From Octopus bimaculoides (taxonomy: Eukaryota), in assembly GCF_001194135.2 (NCBI RefSeq), contig NC_068983.1, positions 75,522,673 to 75,586,672 of the forward strand: DNA of 64,000 nt. Direction: 5' to 3'. Positions 10,726 through 23,272 of the stretch are shown here, piece after piece (position 1 is the stretch's first letter; each line of letters opens with the position of its first letter). The position numbers and the translations under genes were made by a program. The notes under the pieces are model-generated. The model did not search any database, was not told the origin of the DNA, and saw nothing but the letters and a program-made list of their open reading frames with translations.

Positions 10726-12994
10726 ATTGCATCATTCATTCCATTATAAAAAAAAAAAACATTGTTTGAAGAACTCATCAAAATATGAGGAAATAGTCCA
10801 GAAGACAGAAGTCAGAGGAAAGATGCAGTATAAGATGGAGTACGGCAGAAAAATAACAAAATATAGTGTAATATTGTAGGCTTCAAGAGAACTATTTGAA
10901 GATAATATTAGAAGCAGTATCAATAATCCTTTCTACTATAGGCACAAGGCCTGATATTTTGGAGCAGGGGGCTAGTTAATTAAATCAACCCCAGTGCTCA
11001 ACTGGTGTTTACTTCATTGACCCGTAAAGATAAAAAGCAAAGTTGACATTGGTGGAATTTAAACTCAGAAGTTAAAAATGGACAAAATACCACTAAGCCT
11101 TAGAGGCAGTATTAATAATGGAAACAAACAAAAATAAAAACATGCTGGAAATGTGCCAGTTTAGACAATGATTCTGCTTCATTATTTCATTGACATTTTC
11201 TATGGAAGAATTGGAGTGTCATCACCAAATGTTCACTGAGAAAGACACGAGACATTTCTTTTAAGAATATAGCTAAGTTAAGGACAAGTTTGTTACACCT
11301 GTCTGGGCATTCAAACTGTAAAGAACCAGAACAAGTACATCATCATAACCATCACACTCATTCACATCTGTTTTCCTTGTGGACATGGGTTAGACAATTC
11401 AGTAGGATCCAACAAGTAGGAGGATTAATCAAGCTTTGGTATGGTTTCTACAGGTGGATACCCTTCCTAACATCAACCACTTTATGGAGTGTACTGGGTA
11501 CATTTTTGTGGGAACAGTACCAGTGCAGTTGCCATGTACTCTCAAGATTAAGACACCCCTTGACTGAATGGAACTATAGAAGAGAGAGAGGTAGCTTTAT
11601 TCTAGGTGTTGAGAGGTTAAAGTATGAAAGGGTAGGAACAGGTCTTTTGCTGCAAAAGTGATACATCACCACGTTGCATGCTATAAGAGTGAGTGAGAGT
11701 ACTTGGGGTGGAGCTGGAATGAGAGATAAAGATGGTGGTGGTGAGGTATCAGGATGAGACCTTAAGATACAATAAAGTGAATAGAAGAGAGAGAGAGTGA
11801 GGTGGAAGAACGGGAAGCAGTGGATGTGGGTAGAGTTTGTTTGAGTGTATGGGAGAGCGAGGGATGGTTACCTCAAAACAATTTGTCCAATACTTTAGCA
11901 GTTCAGCCAATCCACAGCCCTGTCCTGGTACTTTATTATATTGACTCTGAAAGGATGAAAAAAGATAAGTTGACCTTGGCAGGATTTGAATTCAAAATGC
12001 AAAGATGTGGAACAAATACTGCAAAGCATTTTTGCTTGATGCACCAATAATTCTGCCGTCAACAATCCTAATAGATACTTGTGAATATTGTAAATAATAC
12101 AAAGATATTTCAAAAGTAAATAATCACTTTAAAAGTCTAAATACCTGAAATGAGTTATTAATAATTTTTTCCAAACTATTAACTAACCCCTCATCTTTAG
12201 AAATAAAAATGTTTCCAATGTTTACATCCATAAATGCTGTGGATTGGCATAATTGTTAGAGCATTTAATTTCAGCTCATTAATTCAATTCCAAAATTGAC
12301 CATAGCAGTAATTGCATTTAGAATATTGTTCTAAATTTTGATAATGCTCTGATCAACTTTGCCATTCATCCTTCAGAGCCTGTAAAATACAATACTGATC
12401 AAGAACTAGGACTGTTATGTCCTTAACCGTAACCCTACTCCCAAATTTTAGTTTTGTGTCTATGTAAGAGATAAATATTTACATCTACTCTATGTTTAGA
12501 TTGAATTGATTTTCAGATGCCATCAGATACCTTATTTCTTGATGTACACTTATTAGGAGCCTTTCTTTTTAATAAACTGAGGATAACAATTATCATATTA
12601 GTTTTAAAACAAAGATTTCCAGTTTGATACCAGCCTATTACTAAGTATACATTCATGAATAAGACATTTTATAATGATCAGAGTTGAGACCAATTAAAAT
12701 GTAGTGTTGTTGTTTATCCAGGAGACCTTCCAACCATGACTCACCATCCTGTCTTTATTTTTATTTTTACAGACATAGTGTTTCTGGACTACATTATCCA
12801 ATATGTCCGCTCTTTTAAAAACCGTAGCATCTGATTTAATGGAGATTTGTTTACTGCTTATTTGTCATGGTTTGAAACATTATGTAGATGCAAACATTCA
12901 AAAATCTTTCATCTCTAAAAATGAGGTTTATAATCTGAGAAATTATAAACTTATTGTCTAATTACATATCATTCAAGACTGATAAACATTTAAC

Positions 12995-13262
12995 CTGTAA
13001 ATTTTTCTGTGCTTCTTTCAGCTTCTCAATTAAGTTTGTTCTTCTGTTTTCACTGTCTTCCAAACAATCTCTCAGTTCCTTCAAAATAGGATCATTACTT
13101 TCGAAGCTGCAAAAACTTCGGTTCAGCCTTGAATTACTATAGCTGTGTCGCATTTCTGATGCCCAGTTATTGAGCTGACTTAGTGAACTGGACCGTGTTA
13201 AGGTTGATGGCTGGAATTCATCCAACTTTGAAGCAGAATTGCTTTTTGTTTGATAACTTGAA
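12995..13262 (-). CDS. Coding exon: SSYQTKSNSASKLDEFQPSTLTRSSSLSQLNNWASEMRHSYSNSRLNRSFCSFESNDPILKELRDCLEDSENRRTNLIEKLKEAQKNLQ
   Basis: Acceptor catttctttctag, donor CAG|gttaaa. 268 nt, phase 2 to 0. Non-repetitive, heptad-like C-terminal half. Overlaps ORF 12962..13225. Confidence 0.85.
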
Positions 13263-14561
13263 CTAGAAAGAAATGAAGAAAAAGGAAAAATACATTGACA
13301 AAAAATACTTGTTTATAAATCGTTTAGATTTTTGTCAGGAATTGACAAGTTCTGAAAATTTGAAGATGAGATGTCCCAGATGTAACACCTTGGTCATAAA
13401 TCTACTCAATTTGTTATGACATGAGGCTAAACAACAACAATAATAACAATGTTCACAGCTTACTAGAGTACACATTGTGGTTCTCAACCAAGTGTACTAG
13501 ATCTTTGGAATGGGGCCACCCCTAAATTTTTGGCAAGTTATTCACATGACATCAGAGGTTTTTTCAAAAAGAACTAACTGAAGCTTTATGACTACAACAA
13601 CAAGCACTTTGGTTGTTTTTTTCCAAGCAATAGATGTTATTTTATTAATAATAATATAGATTTAATCAAAAGATTAAATGTGGTACTTAAAATGTTTGTG
13701 GCACCAAAGATGTTATTTTATTATTTTATTTTATTTTATTTTGAGGCACTGGTGCTGGTACCATGTAAAAAAGCACTCAGTGCACTCTGTAAAGTGGTTG
13801 GTGTTAGAAAGGGCATCCAGCTGTAGAAGCCATGCCAAAACAGACAATGGAACCTGGCGAAGTTCCTGGCCTTGTTAGTTCCTGGCCTTGTTAGTTCCTG
13901 GCCTTGTTAGTTCCTGTCAAACCATCCAACCCATACCACTATGGAAAAACAGATGTCAAATGATGATGATGATAATGATGATGCAACAAACCAGCAGAAT
14001 TGTTAGCAAACCAGGCAAAATGCTTAGCAGCATTTTATCTGTCTTTAAATTCTGAGTTCAAATTCCATCAAGGTTGACTTAGCTTTTCATCCTTTCTGTG
14101 TTGGTGAAATAAGTTAAGCATTGAGGTTAATGTATTTGACTCACCCCCTCCTTTGTGCCTATAATAGAAAGGATAATTCTATTTTAATTATTGCTGCCAT
14201 ATGTACAAGTAATCATTCTATACCTAGATCATATTTTAACCTTTTTAATTACCAACACATCTGAGGTAGCACAGAATAATTTTTTTCATAAGTAAGGCTG
14301 GAGGAAGATGTAGTACCTATGACCTTGGCAGACTCTTCAAGATTGATACTGTTATTGTTCTGCTTAAACTGTTGTGAGTCAAAGACTTGATAAGAGATAG
14401 GTACAAGAAAATTCTACCAGAATGCTGTCCTGGTGAGAAAGGACTAGGTATAATATTTATATTTAAATAAAAATCTTGCTCAAAATCTCATAACATAAAT
14501 GATTATGAGAGGGGTCAGAGATCAGTGTATAATCACCAGTATAACAAAATATAAAGAAATG

Positions 14562-14592
<31 letters not shown>

Positions 14593-15378
14593 CATCATCA
14601 TCATCGTTTAACGTCCGCTTTCCATGCTAGCATGGGTTGGATGGTTTGACTGAGAACTGGCAAGCCAGGCAGCTGCACCAGGCTCCAATCTGATCTGGCA
14701 AGGTTTCTACAGCTGGATGACCTTCCTAACACCAACCACCACTCTGAGAGTGTGGTGGGTGCTTTTTACATGCCACCAGCACAGGAGCCAGTCTGGTGGG
14801 ACTGGCATCGACCACACTTGAATGGTATATATACATATATATATATATAAAATTACAGATGTTTTAAATCTCTGTCCAAAATTCTGTAACTCAACCAAAA
14901 CACATAAGCAGTATACTCAGTACACTCAGGAATAACACAAACAATGTCATCTTAGATAACAAGCTGCAGAGTTTTAGAAGTATAATTCAAGGCTTCAGAA
15001 AAATCATATTAATGCTGTGTATCTTGAGAAACATGTTGGGCCTAATTTTGTGATAGACAAAAGAAAGAGTAATAAAAAATGGTAAACACTAATATTCTGT
15101 ATCGTCTTTAATTATTAACAGTAAAGCAACTTTTAAAAACTTTCTACCATTGTTTACCTGTTTCAGTCATTGGACTGCAGTTATACTAGGACACTATCTT
15201 GAAAGGTCTAATTGAACAGAGCAACTCCAGTTGATACTTATTCTATTGGCCTCTTTTGCCAAACCACTATGTTATGGAGTTGTAAACAAACTAACACCAG
15301 TTGTCAGGTAGTGGTGGGAGATAAACACAAAAATAGCACATATTAATGTATACATATGATGAGCTTCTTTCAGTTTCT

Positions 15379-15613
15379 TATTTCTTTACTGCCTACAAGG
15401 GGCTAAACATGGAGGGGCCAAACAAGGACAGACAAAGGGATTAAGTCAATTATATCGACCCAGTGCGTAACTGGTACTTAATTTATCAACCCTGAAAGGA
15501 TGAAAGGCAAAGTCGACCTCGGCAGAATTTGAACTCAGAACGTAAAGACAGATGAAATACTACTAAGCATTTCGCCTGATGTGCTAATGTTTCTTCCAGC
15601 TCGCCGCCTTTGC
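15379..15613 (-). mobile_element. tRNA-derived SINE, family B, nested in a family A SINE
   Basis: 17-bp TSD agcttctttcagtttct at 15362-15378 and 15614-15630. Confidence 0.9.
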
Positions 15614-16670
15614 AGCTTCTTTCAGTTTCTGTTTACCAAATCCACTCATAAGGTATTGGTCAGCCCAGGGTTGTCATAGAAGACACTTACCAAAGAGGCT
15701 GCACAATAGGATTGAACCTGGAACCATATGGTTGGGAAGCAAACTCCTTACCACACAATCACAAACAACTTCATAAGCTTTCTGTATGAAGTGCACTAAT
15801 AATTTTTAACTCTCTATACAAAATATACCAGCAATTTTTTTTTACTTTTGTTTGTGCAGTTAAGTCAAAAAGACTGAAAACCACTTATATACACAAAAAG
15901 ATAGGATGGTCAAGGAGGGAATTCCTTTGATTAAATGTCTACTGGATCAGAACTTACCTTGGGTTATACAACAAGTTTCATAACAAATATAATCATGAAA
16001 GGATTATACAGTATTATCTCAACTGATTTTGTCTTGGGCACTAATATATATATATTGATCATTTTTTCAATAGTTGATAAAACAATTTTGTTCACTAGCA
16101 TACAGTTTTATCTGTTAACATATCACAAAGGGTGCCAAACTGTCTGCTAGTGTTTCAAGAGAATGCCAAGATGTCTGCAAACACACAAAGGATATCAGTC
16201 TATTAGCAGATTATAAAGGGTACTATTCTGCCAGAGAGTAAGTTACATCAGGTACCAATCTATCTACTTCAACCAAATTACAAAGGGTGTTACTGTATCT
16301 ATTAACATACCACAAAGTATCCCATTCTGCTGGTAAGCAAGCTTAGAAAGGGTGCCATTTTTGTCTGCTTGTAGAGGACACTGCAAATTTCCTCCATACA
16401 GAAGAACAACATCAATTATATAAAAGAACTTATTATCATTATTATTAAGGCAATGAACTGGCAAAATTGTTAGCACGCTGGGTGAAATGCTTAGTGGTAT
16501 TTCATCTGTCGTTGTGTTCTGAGTTCAAATTCTGCTGAGGTCAACTTTGCCTGTCATCCTTTTGGGGTCGATAAAATAAGTACCAGTTGAACACTGGGGT
16601 TGATGTAACCAGTTCATCCCCTCCCCCAAAATTGCTGCCCTTGTGGAAAAATTTGAAACCTTTATTATTA

Positions 16671-16719
<49 letters not shown>

Positions 16720-16720
<1 letters not shown>

Positions 16721-17123
16721 GATGTTGCACAGTATACAATATCGTGAAGTTGTTGATTGAAGATATTGTGTCTACCGGGAGTTTGTACTGTCTGTCAAGT
16801 CACAACAAGGACCACAGACAGACAGTACTTTATGCAATATGCGTGCAGTTCCAAGTGATGCCGACTTTTGCAATATACCTAGATTGTAGGGTATTTCTAA
16901 AGTTTTTAGATGTTTTTTCCAAATTGGGTGGTATTGAACCCAATGCTTCAATGACAATAGGGATAACCTTTATATTTGACTTTCATAGCTATCACACCTT
17001 AGCGGTCTCAATTCTTGGATCTCCAGATTTATCAACTGTTTCTCTTTCTTTCATGATGATATGTTGATCTTCTGGTGCTTCCATGTCAATTATTAGGCAC
17101 TCTTGTTTGTCCCTCCTAAAGGT
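16720..17123 (-). mobile_element. Degenerate RLE-type non-LTR retrotransposon 3' fragment
   Basis: RRDKQECLIIDMEAPEDQHI..KVIPIVIEALGSIP.. with stops; flanked on both sides by (TAA)n. Confidence 0.7.
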
Positions 17124-17128
17124 TATTA

Positions 17129-17192
<64 letters not shown>

Positions 17193-17599
17193 CATTATTA
17201 TTATTATTATTATAAAACATATCATCATTGTTATCATCATCATCACCATCATCGTTGTTATTATAATTATTATTGTTGTTTTCTGCTGAGGTCGACTTTG
17301 CTTTCCATCCTTTTACGGCCAATAAAACAAATAATAGTTGAGCCCTGTCAAGATCTGAAACCATTATTGTTTTTATTGGTGGCGAGCTGGCAGAATCATT
17401 AGCATGCTGGACAAAATGCTTAGTGGCATTTCAACTGCTTTTACATTCTGAGTTCAAATTCCATTGAGGGTGGCCTTGCCTTTCATCCTTTCAGGGTCGA
17501 TAAAATAAGTACCATTTGAGTGTCATGGCTGATGTAATCAACTTATTCCCTTCTCTGAAATTGCTGACCTTGTGCCAAAATTTGAAATCATCATCATCA

Positions 17600-17654
<55 letters not shown>

Positions 17655-17662
17655 CATTATTC

Positions 17663-18030
17663 AGTCGTTTTATTTTTATAACGTGCTTTCACTTCACTAC
17701 CGAGCGCAGCTCTGTGTGCCTTGGGTATGTGCTGTGGTCTGCTGTGATGCTCTTATGGTTACTGTATTGAAAGTGTTTTGCGTAGGATGTGTGCAGTGCC
17801 CAGTAGTGCAATTTTCTGTATGTTATATATATTTGTAAGACCTGGTGTTTTTGTTATGTATTTGTCTGAATATTTTTTTATTATACCTAAGGCACCTACT
17901 ATGATAGGAATTGTTTCTGTTTTTAGATTCCACATTCGAGTTACCTCGATTTCCAGGTCTTTGTATTTTGAAAGTTTCTCCATTTCTTTTAGGGAAATGT
18001 TGTCATCTGCTGGTATTGATACATGAATTA
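17663..18030 (-). mobile_element. RLE-type non-LTR retrotransposon 3' fragment
   Basis: ORF 17759..17983 EKLSKYKDLEIEVTRMWNLKTETIPIIVGALG..ALLGTAHILRK is a typical RLE C-terminus. 3' UTR ends ACTGAATAAT then (TAA)n. Confidence 0.85.
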
Positions 18031-20580
18031 GAAATTATTATTAATATTATTATTGTTATTATTGTTATTATTGTTATTGTTGTTGTTGTCGATGATGTTG
18101 TTGTTGATGATGTTGTTGTTGATGATGTTGTTGTTGATGATGTTGTTGTTGATGATGTTGTTGTTAACTTAAAAGAAGGACTATATTATTTTATGTTGTT
18201 TATGTTTGTGGTAGTCAAGCAGATCTATGATCAAAATACTTTCCAGACATGGCCAACCAATCTTTTTTTGTATGCAGGAATACATTATTCAATGTCTCAT
18301 GTCTTTCTCAGTGAACATTTGGTGATGGCACTCCGATTCTTCCATAGAAAATGCCAATGAAATAACAGAGCAGAATCATTATCTAAACTGGCATGGTTGC
18401 AGCCACTGCTGCTGCAGATGATGATGATGATGACAACGATGATGTGTGTATGTGTGTGTGTGTGTGTGTGTGTCTGTGTATGCGTGCGCGCATGCATTTG
18501 TGTTTGTATGTCTATACACATACACATGAGTTTAAATCTATCTCATTTTTCCAAGTATCTACAGTTAACATCAATGCATTGTTGTTAATAAGTCTATAAA
18601 CTTATGCCTACACCACCATCACCACCACCACCACACCCAACATCGCTTGACAACTGATGGTGGTGTGTTTACGTCCCCGTAACTTAGCGGTTCGGCAAAG
18701 AGACCGATAGAATAAGTACTAGGCTTACAAAGAATAAGTCCTGGGGTCGATTTGCTCGACTAAAGGCGGTGCTCCAGCATGGCAGCAGTCAAATGACTGA
18801 AACAAGTAAAAGAGTAAAAGAGAAAAGAGAGAGTATACTTAAGGAAGATTGAAGTATAAGTTGCACACATTTTGTCGAAACAGCAAAATGTTGTTTTGCA
18901 TTGACAATAGACAGTTACAAAATTCAGTGACTTGAGTATTTATTTCAACATTTCTGAAAACATGTTAGCTGGTTAAAGAACAAGTTAATATGTATTTGAG
19001 AATTACTAAAATAAAAGGAATGAGTAATATATAACAATAAATAAATTGTAAAAAGAGACAAATTCACATTTTAAAATGAAGAATTAGGATTTAAACATGT
19101 TTTTATCTAGTTGAGAATTATTTAAGCCAATTATTTTGTATGTTAGTTTATAGACTTATTGTTAACAACAGTGCATTGATGTAAACTGTAGATACTTGGG
19201 AAAAAGAGATAGATTTAAACTCATGTGTATGTGTATAGACATACAAACACAAACACATGCACACACACACACATCATCGTCGTCGTCATCATCATCATCA
19301 TCATCACCATCAGCATTCTTCAGAGTTTTGCATGCACTTTTCCAAGTTGGATGATTTATCTGAGGCATAATATTCTAAACCATGCAAGCACTATATAATG
19401 GAAGTAAGCTTCTAGTAATGTGAATTGGCATTGCTGGTTCAAATTTACAGTTGAGTCATCTCCTTTCTGTTGCTCCTTATATCTGCAATTTCCAATAACA
19501 ATCAATAGATCTGAAGAGGAATAAATTCTATTAGACTATCATGCCTTTGATACATTACATTAAGATGAAGAAAAACCGGAAAACTTTGATTGTGACTCAC
19601 CAACCTCCTAAGAATTATAGGAAATATTCATAAAGTTTTCTTAGAAAAGGATCTACAACTTACTTATCTATTATCTTACCCTTATAAAAGTTAGCCCTGT
19701 ATCATGACTTATCAATTAGGTAAAAAGACATTAATGTACTGGGTATAATTGCTAATTTCTCAATTGTCACTTTCTTTTACCTGTTCATTCTTCCTGTTGC
19801 GTTCACAAGTGCCTTAACTCATACCTATATTAACTTCTCTTGGCTTAGTGTCCCCTGCTTCTTTCCAACACTACACTTTATTCCCCACTTTCACCTTCCC
19901 AAATTCTCCTACTAACAGTGTTTTGTGTTGACGCCTCCAAGCGAAGAAGTAGGATCGCCCAAGACATATAAATAGAGGTAGTCTAGCCGTGGTAGAGGAG
20001 TTGAGAAGCCGTCGTGTAGCAGTCGAGTAGAGATCATCTGAAGGTGCTAAATAGCAGTAGCTTGAGACATAACACAGTATTACCCTGTTATCTCTCTGTA
20101 CTAGAAAAAAAAAACATTATTCAAACTTAATAAATGAAAATTTCTTTTGACAAAAAATAAGCCTTATTTTAAAAATAAGCCTTATTTTATAAAGAAGAAA
20201 ACCTGATTGAATGAAATAACCACAGTATTTAACATCTGGGAGGTTGAAAGGCAAAAGTCAGAAGGAATGATGAACTGAAACTGAAGCCCTTATGAGCATT
20301 TAAACCAGTCGTATCTTGCCCAAATATTCTACCTGTTTTATGTTCAAACTGGCCTGATCCAGCCTTTCATACCTACCTTGCAATTCCATTTTAAAAATAA
20401 GTAATCACAACATTAAATTCTCAACGCTAAGAGTTAATGCATGATTAATTGAAAACAATGTGAATAAATACATGTTACATCTGACAGAGAAATCTGAATG
20501 TTAAAGAAATAATGTACCAAACCAATTAAATATTCATCTCTGTTTAACCTGCTTCAATAAAGAATGACCTTGTTTCTTAC

Positions 20581-20729
20581 CTGAAACCACTGTCTGATTC
20601 TGTATATGGGATGTAACCCAAGCTGTGACTGGCTTTCATAGGAGCAAGCCTCTGTGCAAATCTTGAAGATCTGATGAAATTTCCTGTAGACTTGCATTGT
20701 TTCCATGGTTCTGTCTGACTGGACATTTT
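20581..20729 (-). CDS. First identified coding exon of an unnamed coiled-coil protein gene (ATG at 20726-20724): MSSQTEPWKQCKSTGNFIRSSRFAQRLAPMKASHSLGYIPYTESDSGF
   Basis: Acceptor tttttcacag and donor CAG|gtaag. Open frame ends in phase 2, matching the next exon. The frame is open to the acceptor (AAA ATG), so further upstream coding exons are not excluded. Confidence 0.75.
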
Positions 20730-20989
20730 CTGTGAAAAATTAAACCTATAAAAGAGTTAATTGAAAGGAATTAGTATCCAATACTGCAACAGTCAGTAGA
20801 ACATGAAGTTAAATTCTCTACAGCATTTAAATGCGTCTCTATATCATAAGTCCAAATACTATTTAGGTTGAACTTAGATTATATATATATATATAATAAG
20901 GGTTGCTTGTTAGCAATCTTTCAACCGAAAGGTAAAAATATGTTTGCCATTAAAGCAACTGAGCACACTATTCAACACTACTATTGCTG

Positions 20990-22232
20990 AGGGTTGGCAA
21001 TGAGTACAGTGAAGAATTCTGGGTAGGAGTAGGGGTCCACCAAGGATCAGTCCTCAGCACCCTCTTATTCATCATAGTCCTCCAGGCAATAACAGAGGAA
21101 TTCAAGACAAGATGCCCCTGGGAGCTTCTCTATACTGATGACCTTGTTCTAATAGCTGAGTCACTATCAGAACTAGAGGAGAAGTTTCAGGTGTGGAAGT
21201 AAGGTTTAGAATCAAAGGGACTTAGAGTCAATCTAGCAAAAACCAAAGTCTTAATAAGTAGGAAGGCAGACAAACCACAAATCCTTTCAGGTAGATGGCT
21301 CTGCTTGATCTGTAGAAAAGCAAAGGTAGAAACTCCATAAGATGTACCCGGTGTAAGCTATGGACACAGAAGAGGTGCAGCAATATCAAAGGAAGGCTAA
21401 CTGGGAAGATAGTTTTTGCGTGTGGCAAATGCTCAGGGGCAATAAACACTGAAAATGTGCAGAAAATAGCTTCTATTACATTCCAGGGGGAAAAAACTAT
21501 AAGTAGTTGATAGCTTACCTAGGTGACCAAGTCAGTAGTGGGGGTAGTTGCTCTGAGAGCATAACTGCTAGAATAAGAGTAGCCTGGGCAAAGTTCAGAG
21601 AGTTCCTACCTCTGCAGGTGACAAAGGGCCTCTAGCTCAGAGTAAAAGGTAGACTGTATGATGCATGTGTGCAAACAGCCATGCTACATGGCAGTGAAAC
21701 ATGGGCCATGATTGCTGAGGACATGCATAAACTTGCAAGAAATGAAGCGAGTATGCTCTGCTGGATGTGTAATATCAGTGTACATACACGACAGAGTGTA
21801 AGTGCCCTGACAGAAGAGTTGGACATAAGGAGCATCAGATGTGGTATGCAAGAGAGATGACTGTGCTGGTATGGTCATGTGTTGCATACGGATGAGGACA
21901 GCTGTGTGAAAAAGTGTCACAACCTCGCAGTAGAGGGAACCTGTGGAACAGGTAAACCCAGGAAGACCTGGGATGAGGTGTTGAAGTATGACCTTCAAAC
22001 ACTGGGCCTCACCGAGGCAATAAATGACTGGGACCTTTGGAGATATGTTGTGCTTGAGAAGACCCGGCAAGCCAAATGAGACTGTAACTGTGGCTTATGC
22101 CAGTGCAGCATAACCAGCCCATTTAAGAATACTCTTCAATCATTGGGCAATAAACTGTGCTTGCGAAGACCTGTTGAGGCATGTGCAGTCATCATTGTGC
22201 TGGTGGCACATAAAAAGCACCCACTACATTCT
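20990..22232 (+). mobile_element. RTE-clade LINE remnant: RT domain to stop codon plus start of 3' UTR
   Basis: GVGVHQGSVLS.LLF..LLYTDDLVL (RT motifs), HGSETWAM and GKPRKTWDEV. Multiple stops and frameshifts. Antisense to the host gene. Confidence 0.92.
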
Positions 22233-23217
22233 CGATGTCAAAGGATCAGTAGAATGATAAAAATGTCCGCCTTAGGAAACAAATAAAGAGTGATAATAAA
22301 AAGAGCATTCAGACCGAGAAAATCTGCCTCAACAAGTTTCATTTAAACCATGCCAAAATGATAAAATGGACATTTAAGTGAGTAAATTAAGAAACAAAAA
22401 CAAATGAAAACTGCATTAATGCAAGTTCTTATGTACTTGCATTCACTTTTGGCACTAAAACAACAATAACAACCTATTTTGTTATACTGGTGGCAGTTGC
22501 ATTTCTTCATAATGAAGGATGTTCCAGAGGTTTCTGAAACCCTGAAGCCATTCATTAAGGAGTTTAACTTGGGTAGTGAAAGAGTTGTGAGTTGAATCTT
22601 CAAAGAACTTGAGAATGAGAAAACTTCTGTACCCATGGTACAGCTGTGTTAAAATGTTGAGATGCCTGTTCAGTTACGGAAATTATAGGTACCACAATCA
22701 AATCATAATTTGCTGTAATGTTGTCCCTCAGTCTGTGATGGGAAATGGCATGACCATCAATGGAACTCGAATCCCTTGGGAGTATATAGGTCCAGAACAT
22801 GTGGAGCCAAATAAAATACCACAAGATTTCTGGTTCAATGATCAATCAATTCCACCACCCCATCACTGTAGCCTGATTCTGTATTTGTTGACTTTAAAAG
22901 AATGAAAGGCAATGTTGATTCCAGTGGAATTTGAGTTCAAACACCAGAGGACCACAACAAATACTACAAGTCATTCTATCCAATGCTTTGATAATGATTC
23001 TGCCAATTATATATAGTGTATGTATATATATCATATATACATCATACGTACTACATACATATATTTATATATATATTATATATATAATTATATAAATTTA
23101 AATGAAGATGTATTGTTAACATTATTAATGAGGTAATAATAAATTGGCTAGCAAGGTCACACTGTTACAGGCACAGATTCAGTAGTGTATATAATACCAC
23201 TTTATATATATATATAT

Positions 23218-23272
<55 letters not shown>

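Noticed and set aside
22440-22860. Non-repetitive ORFs on both strands (22343..22636-, 22600..22845-, 22609..22905+)
   Set aside because: No recognisable motif, stops in extended frames and no convincing splice pair; left unassigned.
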